From NCBI RefSeq assembly GCF_036321535.1, contig NC_087436.1:39806001-39870000 (forward strand): DNA of 64,000 nucleotides, written 5' to 3'. This DNA comes from Camelus dromedarius. Lineage: Eukaryota. Position numbers and translations under genes: made by a program. Position 1 is the first letter of the stretch. Every line of letters begins with the position of its first letter. The notes under the pieces were generated by a model. That model saw only the letters and a program-made list of their open reading frames with translations, ran no database searches and was not told the origin of the DNA. Shown here in pieces: positions 23,966-37,160 of the stretch.

Positions 23966-26152
23966 CCACTGACCATGGGAATCTCTGGTGTAATTTGTTT
24001 TTGCTTTTTTAAAGCTAAAGGATAGCCCTTCTCTTCTCTTGTGCCATTATAGTATTTCTACCAATATGTGAAGTCTACCTACCTCTATAATCTGCAACAT
24101 GCCCTAGTAGTTGACAGTCAAGTTTTCAGTAATGAATGATTTATCCTGGGAACCTGTGTACTTAGATTTCATCTTGTTTACTTTATATATTTTCACTTTG
24201 CCATTTAAACAAATTTCATCTAAATATTATTATTTGTTTTTAAAGTCTTTGCTTTTCAGTCTGTTACTAATTTACTTTCATATTCACTTTCAAAAAATGA
24301 ATCTTCATTTCAGTTCTAAACTCTAAATTGTAATTCCAGTGATTTTTCTATTTGTAATGCTCTCCACCATTATTCCTAAGAAAATCTCAAGAACCTAGCT
24401 TCCTTGATGTTCCAAAACAAAAATTTTGAAAAAGTCTTTGAGTGTTCATACAGAAACTTTATAATTTTTGGTAATAGAAAAAAAATTTCTAGATTCCTGA
24501 AAGGATTAACACTTATTATATTTTCCAGAAAAGGAAATAGTAACATTGATGTTTTCCTAAAGAAAAATCATGAGGGTCCAACATTGATCTGTTTATCTTT
24601 TTTTCACTTGTACCAGAATGAGAATATTTGTTTAAAATCTGTCACTACTCAGCTGTATACTCTTGTATCCTGTGTGATCTCATGTGTGTGTTTAAATAGA
24701 AAACCTGTTTAATTTTACTTTTGAGACTCCTAAAAAGGATAGTTAAATCTTTGCTATTTAATTTATATTTCTTGTCTAAAATTTTAACATATTAAAATAC
24801 AAACCATCTCACCAATTTTTTAATAGTTAATATTTATTATGAAAATTGCAGTCTTAAGATAGGGATACTTTTATAAATACATGGATTAAAGGTATTTAAA
24901 CAAGACATGTCAAATCTTAGCCAGTCATAACAACAGTGGTCACAGTGACTTGTTTCTTGATTACCCCAAGGCTTATTGGTTGAATTTTGACCATTACAGC
25001 ACCTTCCCATATGAACCATATATGATTTCTGCAGTTAAATGTCTATTTAGGCTGCATCTCTTGTGATTTTATCACAGCTGACTTCCTGGCTGATTTCTTC
25101 GTTTTCTTGACATAATAGGTGTTGCTCAGATATTTCACTTATCTGTAGCTTCCTTGTGGGTCCTTGGAGACATGGGTGGTAAAGAAAATTTCTCACCTTT
25201 GAGATTCTCACTCTTCATGGATAGTGTTAATTCTATCTTCTCAAACATCAGTTGCACTAAAAGTGACAGGTTTCTCCTTTGTTCCTTATAATTTGTCTTT
25301 TCAGATTGCTAGGAAGTGTGACTTCTAAAGCATGGTCACTTGCTAGGTCGCCATTGTTCCTAAAGTAGAAATTGCTTTAATGGCACAATAAGTTAGACTT
25401 TTCTTATGGTTTTCACCTCTTAATTTATTTTGGTTCAAAAACCACTTAGCAAATGCCAAATGCCAAATGATGTGACGGTCAGGGTCTTTGCAAAGTAGAG
25501 AAGAACAAGATCATCTCAGTCTCAAAAGCATATCCCTGGTTCAGCAGAAGACACAGAAGTCAGAGACTGATGACTCAAGCCTTCATGATCATTGAGGCAT
25601 CTCCACACTGCTCCTCACCCTCTTGGAAAATTAGATGCTACTGGTTTAAATTTTGCTTAATTAACAGAGATGTAAATATGTAACTTTTATGTTTTTTTTA
25701 AAGAAGGTGATCACATGAATGAAAAAAGATCAAATCTTTCTCTTAGAGATAAAGTTATTCTGCTTTTTTGGATATTCTGTTTTTTAGGATAACCAGCTAA
25801 TAATGCACTAAACTTATCTGTGGTTCAGTTTTGGGACCTTGAATAGATTAGATTTACAAAGTATTTTCCATTAATTGCTCTATTTGTAAGCCATTTCATT
25901 ACTCTAAGTTATTTAATTACTCTGTTAAGAAGACCACTGAAAGTGGAATATGATTATGTAGTATATTGCCAATGGATATTTCTGACATTCTGAGGATATA
26001 CACCAATTCAAGCTAAAAGTTCTCCTCTGGTTAATCTCGGAAGTTATGTGTTGAGCCCATTCTTCCTTCCTGCTTCATTATTTCCTATTTACTATTCTCT
26101 GTAGACTTGCTTTTATATATACTTCCATCTTTTAAAAAATGAGAATATAATC

Positions 26153-26900
26153 TGTAATGGTTAATTTTATGTGTCAACTTGACTGGGCCACAGGATGCCC
26201 AGATACTTGATGAAACATTACTCTGGGTATGTCTGTGAGGATGATTCAGAATGAGATTAACACGTAAATCAGTAGATTGAGGAAAGCAGATTGCCCTCCC
26301 CTATAGGGCTAGGCCTCATCCTGGTGCTGGAGAATGAGTTCTTGTCTCCACAGGAAAGAATTCAAGTGCGAGGTATAGTAATGTGAAGGCAAGTTTATTT
26401 AGAGAGATACACACAGGGTGTGGTCTGTCTCACACAGAGGGAGTATGGCTGTGAGGTGTGGGGATGTTTAGTTTAAAGTAGAAGTAGATACACATTCCAT
26501 AGACAGAGCAACCATGGGGGTTGTTAGTTTTTATGGGCTTGATAATTTCATATGCTAATGAGTAGGAGGATTATTCCAACTATATTGCGGAAGGGGCGGG
26601 GTTTCCAAGAATTGGGCCCCTGCCCACTTTCTTACCTTTTTTGGGTCAGCTCAGGAACTGTCATGATGCCTGTGGGTGTGCCATGAGGCTCAAGGTCTAC
26701 TAGAAGTCGAATCTTCCACTATCTTGGTAAGAACCAATTTGTTCTCTCCTCAATTTCTGTGTCATTCCTTCAGTGGTTGTGCCCTGCCGCCTCCCCTCCT
26801 GTCTCAATCCAATCCACTGAAGGCCTGATGAGAACAAATATATATATATATATTTACTCTCCTATTGGTTCTGTTTCTTTGGAGAACTGAGACTAATACA
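26153..26900 (+). mobile_element. MLT2 (ERVL) solo LTR, internally deleted and interrupted, 5-bp TSD
   Basis: Starts TGTAATGGTTAATTTTATGTGTCAACTTGACTGGGCCA and ends CCTATTGGTTCTGTTTCTTTGGAGAACTGAGACTAATACA. TAATC at 26148-26152 and 26901-26905. Confidence 0.9.
26322..26806 (-). mobile_element. ERV1-class solo LTR nested in MLT2, 4-bp TSD
   Basis: TG...CA termini with ATCC at 26318-26321 and 26807-26810. Removing the insert restores the MLT2 sequence GGCCTCATCC|AATCCACTGAAGGCC. Confidence 0.9.
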
Positions 26901-27067
26901 TAATCGTTTCCTTTAGACTATGTTCTTAAACACTGTAGTCAGAGTGCAGTTGGGTAAACCCAAATCCAAATAGTTCCATTTCCCTACACCCATTTGCACA
27001 TCTTTTATCAGCAGGTTTTCCTTAATATAAAACAGGCACATGTCAAGAGAAGCATTGAAGACATATA

Positions 27068-27265
27068 TATAAAGTAAGGTGTTTTTAAACAGAAACACAT
27101 ATGAAACAAGATTGTGTATTGATTGCTTGATGAAAATGTTGTGGCTAGAGACTCACAGGAACCTAATCCTGTATTTCCCCTAAGAGTAGAAGTTCTGTAT
27201 TCACAAATTCCATGTTCGTGGCACTTTTATAAAACATAATTACCATGAATAATGAGAATTGACTG
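27068..27265. mobile_element. MER82-like TcMar-Tigger terminal fragment
   Basis: ACTCACAGGAACCTAATCCTGTATTTCCCCTA...ATAATTACCATGAATAATGAGAATTGACTG, followed by TA. Confidence 0.7.
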
Positions 27266-28714
27266 TATGGGGTCAAGCATAAGAAGAAAAAATTAGTTAA
27301 TTTTTCTCCAGCCTCTCTCAGTGTAATTCTTAGGTTTGTTATATCGGATTTAACTTCTAGGCTAGAGTTTCTCCATTTGTTTAATCAGAATGATAATTTT
27401 TGAACTAGTCTAAAAAGTGTTGTTTTAAAGATTAAATGAAGTAATATGTATGAAATTGTTTTGTAAACTGAAATGCTGTAACAGGAGCAGTAAGCATAAT
27501 TTATTTAAGGAGTGGAAAATATGCTAGGGATTTTATAATTACTACTGTTTACCAATGTTGAATAAGAGAATTCAGGTTTTTCTTGATTTAATAAGACTAC
27601 AAATCACATTGTTCAGCTGTTAAAAGAGTTTACATCTGAAATTAAAATTTCATTTTAACCAGAAGCATTGTCTCTTCTCTATGTTCTCCAACTTGTTAAA
27701 ATATATTACATTAGACGGGAGCAAGACTGAATATTAAAGAATACTGTGGGCTTGCATGGATTTGTATCTTTTGTTTTCTCTGAGCCACCTCTGCTTAATT
27801 TACTAACACATAAATCTTTCCTATTTTCAGTGCTGCAAAGCCAATTTAGCAGAGGAAGAATGAAGCTGAATTCTGTTCTGCCTCATGCATCACCAAGAAA
27901 ATTGCTAGGCCAGTTAAGTTTTGATTGCAGAATATTTATTTTTGGTGACAGATGTTGCTGATGTAAGAACCTAGGCTATCACAGCTTGAATTAGTCCTGA
28001 GTTGAGGTTGAAAAAAAACTGAAATGGAAAGTCTTAATGAAAGTAAACATGCAACATCAAGACGGCATCTTTGGAATTAGGTTTCTGACGGTATTTGTGT
28101 GGTGGGTATGTTGTGCCTACATTTACATGCAGACAGTGACTTTTGGGCAGAAATGTGGACACAGCCTTTTACGAAATCATATTCTTAAGGTCATGGTAAG
28201 ATTGTAGCACCGAAGAGAAGTAAGTTTGGTGCATTCCAAGCACTTGTTTGGACTGAAGCAGGGTCTAGGGCAGAAGGTAGTGACTATAGGAATCCTGTGG
28301 ATTCTGGCAAGAAAGAACTGCTTTATTATCCCTATGCTTCTGCCTGTCAAACCACTTATCACATTGTATTACAATGATTGTTTGCTTTATCTCTGTGTCC
28401 CATTCACAGATGACCATGAGGATCTTTGCATATAACATATTTGCCATAAATATTGGATGGAAGAAATCTCATAAGACATAATTCCTCACCTGTGCACTGA
28501 ATGCACATGCACCTCCACATCAGAGGAAAGAGTCATTGGTGTTCTTGTCTCCCAGGCGAGACCCCCGCATAGTTCTATGCATACTGGTTTTGTGGCTCCC
28601 AAATGAATTGCTGATGGAGCTATGTTAGGGAAGCATCAGAGGGAGGCCACTGAAAAGGCCATGGCAGTAACATTTTCATTATGATCCCACCTTCCCTCTT
28701 TAAAAATCATGAAA

Positions 28715-28950
28715 TTTAAATTTGTCTAAACGCATAGCACGTACAACACTAAGAATGAATGGCAATGAAAACAGTGGACTCTGGGTGATAACATGTGTTA
28801 AAATAGGTCCATCAGTTGCAACAAATGTATCCCTCTGGTGTAGGATGTAGATAACGGAGGAGGCTATCCTCATGTGGGGAGAGGTTTATGTGAAATCTCT
28901 CACCTTGCTGTAAACTAAAACCACTCTGAAAAATAAAGTCTATTAAAAAA
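28715..28950 (+). mobile_element. L1MC1-like 3' end
   Basis: GTACAACACTAAGAATGAA...TGGACTCTGGGTGATAA...GCAACAAATGTATCCCTCTGGTG...AAAAATAAAGTCTATTAAAAAA. Confidence 0.8.
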
Positions 28951-30773
28951 TAGCAAATTTGTTGACCAAAATGATCTTCGATTCTTGGTCTGCAGTTCTT
29001 GAACATATGAAAAAGTCACTAGAAATCCTATGTCTTACTCATTCCAATGGTGAGTCAAGGATGACTCCTATGACAGAAATTAGTAAGGGAGAAAAATCAC
29101 TAAGTTAATTTGATTATCTGTCTCAATAGAACATTAGCTTTTTATGTGCCAAAGTCAAGATTCATTTGTAAGCTAAATTGTTCATGTTTAAATATAAATA
29201 AAAATTCAATCATTATTTCCTGAGATATATTAGAAGCAATCATAATTGGGAATATTTAGTAAATAATATTTTAATTTTGCAAAGTATATTTTAATTGTTG
29301 TTCATTCTTGTCCATTTCAAGGATTACATGTCAGGTAGCTTTGCCAATGCCTTTTATTGCTTTTTCTCGGTGGATGGCATTCACCCATTTATTCCTGGAA
29401 ATCCAAATGATTGTGAATGAATCATGAACAAAAAGCTCAATGAATTGTTTCTCTGCCGGAGACAATTTTCTGCTTTCTAGTGTTTTTCAATAGATACTTT
29501 CCCCTTGCTGGGATATGGGACGATTTTCTTGGGAATTTTGTTTGGAAGTGAACTTTTAAACATAGGGAATGAAAACACTTACACACATGCATACACACAT
29601 GCACACTCCTGAGTGCAGGAGTCAATAGTCATAGTTACGCCACCTGGCCTCATGATAAGCAGTACAGGACGGGGGTAGATGATACCCGCCTTGGTGATGG
29701 CTCAGGCTGAGGTCATTGCAGGTGAGCAAAATCACTGATTTGATGTAATACTTCTTGTTTAATGAATGGCTAAGTCTCAGTTGTCTGACAACTCCACATC
29801 TCATTTCCTTTGGCCTGTGAAAGGAGAGGAATAATGTGCAATTTAGTAAAACAAAAAGCTGACACCGAGCTGTCACATGTTCCAGCCCAGACTCTCTTTC
29901 AGAGGAGGCACCAAGTTGTGTTGGTTCTAACTTCCCCCGAGGTTACTGATTTTCTGTTGCCAGATAGACTGGTGTCCTCAGCTCAGTGAGGCAAGCTCTT
30001 CCTGTGCAGGTAGAATTACAACTCCTAATATTTAGGCGTGATTACGTTTTATGCACATTTATTGTTTCCTATTGTGAGGGGCTACTGATATAAATCCCAA
30101 GCCAAGAGTCATTTCCTGGGGCCCAATTCAAAGCTAGGATTTAGATTCACTATTAATCCCAGTTGCATATGTCTGTGGTTTACCTGACAATTTTTGTGAT
30201 GTCAATAAATGGTCACTGTGTACTGAAGAAACCAAATCTGTTTATTAAAGTTGCAGCTGATAGCAACTGTTTAATTGAACTGGGCTGATACACCAGTGAT
30301 CTCAGAAGCAGAGCATTGGGCAAGTGTAGTTCTTGCATATTTAAATGGTTGGACAAGCCAATAACAAATACTGTATTAGATTAATGTGGATAATTTAGTT
30401 TGTTGCTTTCAATTATTAAAAAGCCTCTTCATTGCACAGAATACTCGGGTTTTGCTGGCTTTGTGTGTGCACATGTGTGTGGAAAGCCTGTTAGCCTATT
30501 GTCTGCTCATTCACTTATAAAAGCTGCTAATTCAGCTAGAAAGTAGATACAATCTACACACCAAATGAATTCGAGGCAAAGCAGCAGTTGATTCTAGATG
30601 CCAGGTAACTTACTAGGGATGTTTTATGTAGCTTTGTTCTTAAATGGATTGTGTAGGTTCCTTCATTGTATTGACACTTGAGGAAAAAATTAAGGGGATG
30701 TAAATGGTTGTTAAATATTTGGTGTAAATAGTAATAGCATGATGGGGGAGAATATTTTAAAAGGCACGTCAGA

Positions 30774-30858
30774 GAGGAGGGTATAGCTTAGTGGTAGAAT
30801 TCAGGCTTAGCGTGCAAGAGGTCCTGGGCTCAGTCTCCAGTACCTCCATTTAAAAAAA
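30774..30858 (+). mobile_element. Vic-1-type tRNA-derived SINE (short form) with TSD
   Basis: GGAGGGTATAGCTTAGTGGTAGA...GGTCCTGGGCTCAGTCTCCAGTACCTCCA plus A-tail. TSD AAAAGGCACGTCAGA (30759-30773) / AAAACGCATGTCAGA (30859-30873). Confidence 0.9.
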
Positions 30859-31113
30859 AAAACGCATGTCAGATGAATGTCAGGTAGGTGTGGCGCAAGC
30901 TTGAGTATCATCTGGTTGCTATCAAAGGAGCAGAAATGTCAAACATTTTGCTTTTGTCCCCCTGGATTTCTGTTCCATCTTTTCTCCCTCTCTCTAAGAG
31001 AGTGAATTTAAATAGAAATGCTTGCTTTAGCTAACTGGAAATTCAGGAAAATCTGAAATAAATATTGTGAAACTGGTATCCAGATGCAGAAAACAGAATT
31101 AACCATGACCCCC

Positions 31114-31808
31114 TGTCGAGGAACTGTAATTAAAAACAAAATTTCTTCCCAACCCAGACAAACTCTCCACAAAGGTAGAAGAGAAAGCAAGCAATTTTTT
31201 ATTGAATAATCATTTAACCAGACTGCGATGTGCATCACAGGCAATCTGCTAAGAGATTAGAGGCAGGAAGACTTCACCCTTTCGCAGTCAAGCAGATACA
31301 CACTATTGCATATGTAGTGCATACCTATATATATTGCATATGTATAAGATAAGCAGTAACTAGTTTTCAAGTAGGAGGACTTGACAGCACCATTTGTCAC
31401 ACATAGTTCATCCTAGATTCACCTGGTAATCGGGGTGATCATCTGTGTTAGCTAAGGAAAAAATAAATGTCTCATATCTTTATGACAAGCTTGGTGCAAG
31501 GTGCCCACTTAATTAGGCTCCTACAGCCACAGAAACTGGGAGGCGGGGGCTCTCTCCCCCTTGATGTTTACATTCCAGAGATGATTCCTTTGAGAAACTC
31601 ATTCTAGGATCTTAAAGCTCCCAAGAGGCTTATTTAGCTTTTAAAGAGATTTGCATACATTTCAAAAAGACAGAGAAGGAAATGACAATTTTCCTAAGTA
31701 AATACTCTAAGTAAAGGGGAGAGGGGCGTGTATCTTCCCTTATTTTCAACAGAAGTAATTAAGCCTCTTATTTATTTTTTTAAAGAAGTTTATATTTGTT
31801 CTCTAAAA
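31114..31808 (-). mobile_element. ERV1-class (MER34-like) solo LTR
   Basis: CCCAACCCAGACAAACTCTCCACAAAGGTAGAAGAGAAAG...TTTTATTGAATAA and GTAGGAGGACTTGACAGCACCATTTGTCACACATAGTTCA blocks. Confidence 0.75.
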
Positions 31809-31844
31809 CCTCCTCCCTGTATTACTATAAAAAAGCAACATTAT

Positions 31845-32093
31845 ATATTTTTAACTGAAATACAGTCAATTACAATGTGTCAATTTATGGTGCACAGCAC
31901 AATGTCCCAGTCATGCATGTACATACATATATTCGTATTCATATTCTTTTTCATTAAAGGTTATTACAAGATGTTGAACATAGTCCTCTGTGCTATACAG
32001 CAGTAACTTTTTAAAAATCTATTTTTATATATAGTGGCTAACATTTGTAAATCTCAAACTCCCAAATTTATCCCTTCCCACTCCCTTTCCCCG
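31845..32093 (-). mobile_element. Young L1 3' UTR fragment
   Basis: Same 3' UTR as the 9580 and 53536 copies: GGTTATTACAAGATGTTGAACATAGTCCTCTGTGCTATACAG...CTCCCAAATTTATCCCTTCCCA. Confidence 0.9.
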
Positions 32094-32879
32094 ATATAAT
32101 TTGTTGAGTATCTCTATTATTGTTTCTGCCTTACTCTGGGCAAACTGCAGTCTAGGTCTAAATATCCACCAAGTTCATAGTAAAATATTGTGGGCCATTA
32201 TCTAGTGACAAAGTCTTATTACAAGGCACTCATTACAAGGTACAGAAACACCCAGTGTTTATTGTAGATGGTTCTAAGTGTTTTAAGTCTTGAGGACAAA
32301 CCTACTCTATAGGCTATTTCTCTTTCCTGTGTTGGTTCTAAATTAATAATTACATGATTATAATAGTCAGCTGTATCTCCAGGCATTCACCTTTGTTTAC
32401 CTATCTGTACTGGGATTGGACAGAACTTGTCATCCCAAAGTTAATAGAGTAATATTAGACCTGAGTTTTGCAGTCACTGTCTGTAAGTTCCAGATCTCTG
32501 TTTTTTTCTTAATTAGATGTTTTCCCTTTTTTATATTATCCTTCCAATAAAACTCATTAACAAAACATCTTTGCTTGAAGTTTGGGATTTGAGTACCTGG
32601 GTGCACATTAATTACTTCTACTTTGTTAGTATCAAAAATTGCTCATGAAAATGGTCCTACTTTTACTCTGTCAATAACAGTTAGATTGTTGGACTTATAA
32701 ATCCAGATCCTGTTTATATGGAGAGTACAATTTAGAGCAGATTGGAGATGAGATTGTGAGGAACCATTACTGGGAGTACAGAAGGAAAGAAATGCAACAA
32801 ATAGCACATTTGTTTTATATTAAATGTGATTCTTAGAGTAAGTGAAATTACCCTACATAGTAGATGTGTTACCTTGAGG

Positions 32880-33020
32880 AAGCTATTAATCTTTATGAAT
32901 CCAGGTTTATTACCTGTAATATGGGAATCATAATGCCTGTATCATAAGATTATAATAATGATGAATTGAGGTAACACATGAAGGTACCAAGAACAGATTC
33001 TGGCACAAAATGAATGATGA
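32880..33020 (+). mobile_element. MIR SINE
   Basis: CCTGTAATATGGGAATCATAATGCCTGTATCATAAGATT...TTGAGGTAACACATGAAGG...TGGCACA. Confidence 0.65.
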
Positions 33021-33234
33021 CTAAAAAGATTATCAGGACAGGGCTAACTCCTCCATCTATAGTTTTGAACCTTCCCATCAAGTCCAGGACTACGCTCCAT
33101 CAGTTTTCCCTCCTTCTGCTCATACCAACATGTTTTCTGATAGTATCTTTCCTTCAGTCTTCAAATATATTTACATCTCCATTGTCACAAAACAAATACA
33201 TATGTAAATGCACATTGCAACTTAATCTGACCTA

Positions 33235-33982
33235 TTTAAAAATTCACATTAGTGAAATATAATACATGTACAATCAAATGCACTCATTTTAAGCACAGCT
33301 TAGTTTTTGTGACAAACATATATGCCTATGGGCGTATATGGTATAATCACCACCACATTCAAGATTTCCATCACCACAAATATCCCTCATGCCCATCTGC
33401 AGTCAATCCTCAGCTCCGTTTTTGCCAGAGGCAATACCAAATATCTACTTTCTGTCTCTAGATTAATCTTGCCTTTTTAAGATTTTCATGTAAATGGAAT
33501 CACATAATATATTCCACTGTTTTGTGTCTTCCATCCTTTTCTTGGTAGAATATTTTTGAGATTCATCCATGCAGTTGTGTGTATAGTTAGTATACTCCTT
33601 TCTTTTTTTTTAAACTACTATTCCATTATATTGTTATATCATAATTTGCTTATCCATTGAATTGTTATTGTATATTTGGGTTATTTCCAGGTTGAGCTAT
33701 TATGAACAAAGCTGCTATAAATATTCTTATGCAAGTGTCTGTGTAGATGTATATTTTTGTTTCTTTTGAGTAAATATTTAGGAATAGAATTGCTGAAGTG
33801 TAAGATGACATACATTTAACTTCATAGGAACAATCAAGTTTCTCAGAGTTGTAACATGAAGTGCCCCCATCGTGTATGAGTTTTAGTTTCCTCAACAACA
33901 CTTGGTAACGTCAATCCTTTTTACTCATTCTTATTACTATGTATTAAAAAACACATGGTGGCTTTAATTTGTATTTCTTTTT
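33235..33982 (-). mobile_element. Old L1 (L1ME/L1MB-like) 3' end
   Basis: ORF 33665..33901 contains ...IFIAALFIIAQPGNNPN (degraded ORF2 C-terminus). 3' UTR blocks GTAAATGGAATCACA and TTTTGAGATTCATCCATG. Confidence 0.85.
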
Positions 33983-36911
33983 CAGTGTTTCTGAGACTTG
34001 GAACTTTCTGCTTTATTTTTTCTGGGGAATAAATCATTCATCGCTTGCCTGGTTGGGCAGTGACAATAGTTGTCTGTGTGGGATGAGAGAGGGGAGCTGG
34101 GTAACCTAACTTCTATGTAGACTTCTAACTGAGGATACCCACATTTATCCTCCTCACCCTGTGGGTTCTGTGGCTCAAAATCTGAGCCTTTCAGGAGAGT
34201 TTCTGCAGCCCAGACAGCTTGCTTCATCTGGTCATCCTCCTCGACGGGCACTTACATCCCAGCTTTCTCTATGCTACATCAGTTACCCCTCATCAATCTG
34301 CCTTCTGTTGTCCAAAATTTTGTTGACACCTCTCAATTACAGCTCTCTTCTCTCTAGTTCTCTTTGTGCATTGATTCATTTAAAACTTTTCTTTAGAGGA
34401 AACAGAGAACAGCAAGTTCAGTTCTGCACATTGACAGTCACTTTCCTTTTCACCTTACTTTCTCATTTGTTTCTTCACTATTCCACACAAAAGTTATCAA
34501 TGATAAAGCTAATAATCTCTTTAAGTTTAATTTTAGTTGATTTAAGTGTCTCAACTGAACCTCCTTTCCTTCACCCAGACTCCTTTTGTCCTTGATGTCC
34601 ATGCTCCAGCTCTGTAGGTTTCCTCAAATTTCTTTTTCTTTCCATTTTTCTCTCGGGCTCCCCTTTCTCTAATGACCCTTAAATGGGGAGATGTCAGCAT
34701 AGTTTGATTTCCAGTGGCTCTATGATACGAGTTATTTCAGTAAAACTCCATGAAGATTTGGCATTGCTACTCTTCAACAGCAGCCTGATTCTCTAAGGGG
34801 AGAGAGTTATTGTTCTATACGTGTTGCTGCCTGAGCGCTGCGAGATAAAATGTAGAGAGAAGCGTTGTGATAATTCTAAGGTTCTCTGGTTTCTTGGATT
34901 CCAAGAAACTGTCTCTTATATATAATGTGTTGACAATAATAAAATTGACCATTTCAAGCAAGATCTAAACCTGGGGATAAAAACAAAAAGGAAAAATAGT
35001 GTCTTTTTTTTTTTTTTTTTTTCATTTCCTTTTAGGAAAGCACAATTTTTAAACACCTCTCAGCTGGAAAGAGAAGATCCAGGTCATGCCAGTCTCACAA
35101 AATTCCACTCAGTTTTGCTGCGAACCTGAAACTTCTCAAAGTTAAAACTTATTAAAAAAAATAAATAAATAGAAAAATCTCAAAAGAATGGTACTATAAC
35201 CAGAAAATATGCTTTAGGGAATAATGAAGCAATTAGACTACCAGTCAATTTTCAAAATACCTAGTGTGTCATTAAAAAACTTGATGATTGTGTTGTCTTA
35301 AAAGGTATTTTCTGAATTCTTTCTTTCTTTGCAAATTGAGAGAATTTCAGGGGCATAAGACAAATCTAAAATAATCTGAAAATACCAGTTTTGAATCTGG
35401 ATTGCTTAGCAGTATGTTTGTTTGATCATTTCTGAGAAATTATTATTATTTTCTTTTTTAGTTTTTAGCCCCTAGTCTTTTATTCATTGGTGCACTATTA
35501 AGACATTGACTACAAAGATGGCAGTTAATTTGTAGTAATGGTCAGCTTTTCTGACTGACACTAAGTGTAAAATGTACTGTATGTTCCTATTTCTTACCAT
35601 AGATGTCAGGTGACCAAGTCATACCAAGCTGTCCTGTATTTTAAGAAGAACAAATCGTTCTACGGAAAATGAAGGGAGCCCAGAAAGCTCAAGAGCTTGG
35701 AGACGGTATATGGCAATTTTCACCTTGAGGTAACTGGTCTCAGTCATAGGTGGTGGTGGTTATTAGAAACTGAATGACAGTCTCTGACCTATGCTTTTTC
35801 CAAAAGTGGGGTAAAAAGTATACTATGATTATTTTAATAATAATGTGCTAGTCTTTAGCCATGAAAGCTCTGATTGTTAGAATTCTCAGTAAGGAAAAAT
35901 ATGTCAATGCAGTTTTCTGTAACATACATAGGGGTCCTCCAATTTTTATGTAGCTGCATTTCTAGATAAGACATTCTTGTCTACAAAATATGAAATTTAA
36001 TAATTAAAGAGAGTGATTTTATACTTTGTCTAGTGGAAGTGATTTTCCTGTTCAGGGAGCATTTCCTATCAGGATTTCCCTCTATACTGTGGTTTTTCCA
36101 CTTTTTATCACCTGCGGGGAGAATATAATGCTGTCATCTTTAAAGAAAATGATCTGATTTCATCTATAAAATGTTTTTTGTAACCATGTATATATTTTTG
36201 ACTGGTGAATAAATAAGTGAAGTGTTTTACATAAATTTACCTTTCAGTTAGCTCTTCATAAATATTCCTGTTTTCCCAGCATAACCAGTGTAGCTGTGGT
36301 GGCAAACTGTACTTGATTATTATTATTATTAATTTTTATTTTTTATAATGAATGAATCTGAGTTTAGTGAATGGTAATGATGAATAAAATTTTGTTGGGA
36401 CAGAAGTCCCCATTTATAATGAATGTGTCTAGGAACGCTGTCAGACTGAAGCTCGAGCCTATTAGAATAACTACCATCTAAGGGTAAATCAGGGGTAGGG
36501 AGGCGGGGGTGGGTACAGGAGGTGGTGTGGAGGGAGGGGAAAAGGAGGACATGTGGAAATCCTGTCCAGACTTCCCTTTTATTATCAGCTTGCATCTACT
36601 TTGCATCCAGCTGGTTGTTATCAACCTCTATTTCCATTTCTTAAATCCTTCTTAAGACAAATTGCCTCATCCTTACCCCTGAAGTGTCCTCTCTAAAACT
36701 CTTTTAATTGGCCCTCCTGTCCCAACACCTCTTGCCTTTGGCCGTCACAGTAAACTAAGACTACTAAATACAAAGTGTCTCCACTTTGGGCTTTCTGTAG
36801 TGTTCCCCAATTTTCTTTCTATTTCTTTTGTCTTCTTTCTGTAGCATTTGACGGTGTTTACTTCTCCACTTTCAAACTCTAACATCCCACGGTTGTTTTC
36901 TTTCCTCGATA

Positions 36912-37160
36912 TATAGCTGGGCAGTCAGAAGCACAGGTGATAATCTGGGTTTGTGATTGGTATCTAAAGTGTGGGGTTGGGGGATGGGGAGGGAGGCACA
37001 GTCTTGTAGGATGGAGCCCTTAAGCTGTGCATCTGATGCCATCTCTGGGTAAGCAGTGTCAGAAATGAGTTAAATTCTAGGACACCCAGCTGGTGTCAGA
37101 AAATTACTTTGTGTGGGAACTTCCCCCTTCCTCCTTTGGAAATTGGGTGCAGGATCCTAA
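36912..37160 (+). mobile_element. MER21-like LTR fragment
   Basis: GTCAGAAGCACAGGTGATAATCTGGG...CAGTCTTGTAGGATGGAGCCCTTAAGCTGTG...GTGTCAGAAATGAGTTAAATTCTAGGACACCCAGCTGGTGTC. Confidence 0.8.

Noticed and set aside
30774..30850. tRNA gene (A-box/B-box-like sequence; also 41317-41475 and 42388-42525)
   Set aside because: A-tails, TSDs and degenerate stems show these are tRNA-derived SINE copies.
35013..35090. Acceptor-like sites after poly-T (35035; similarly 25314 and 38774)
   Set aside because: No convincing downstream donor. T-rich tracts ending in AG are common here.
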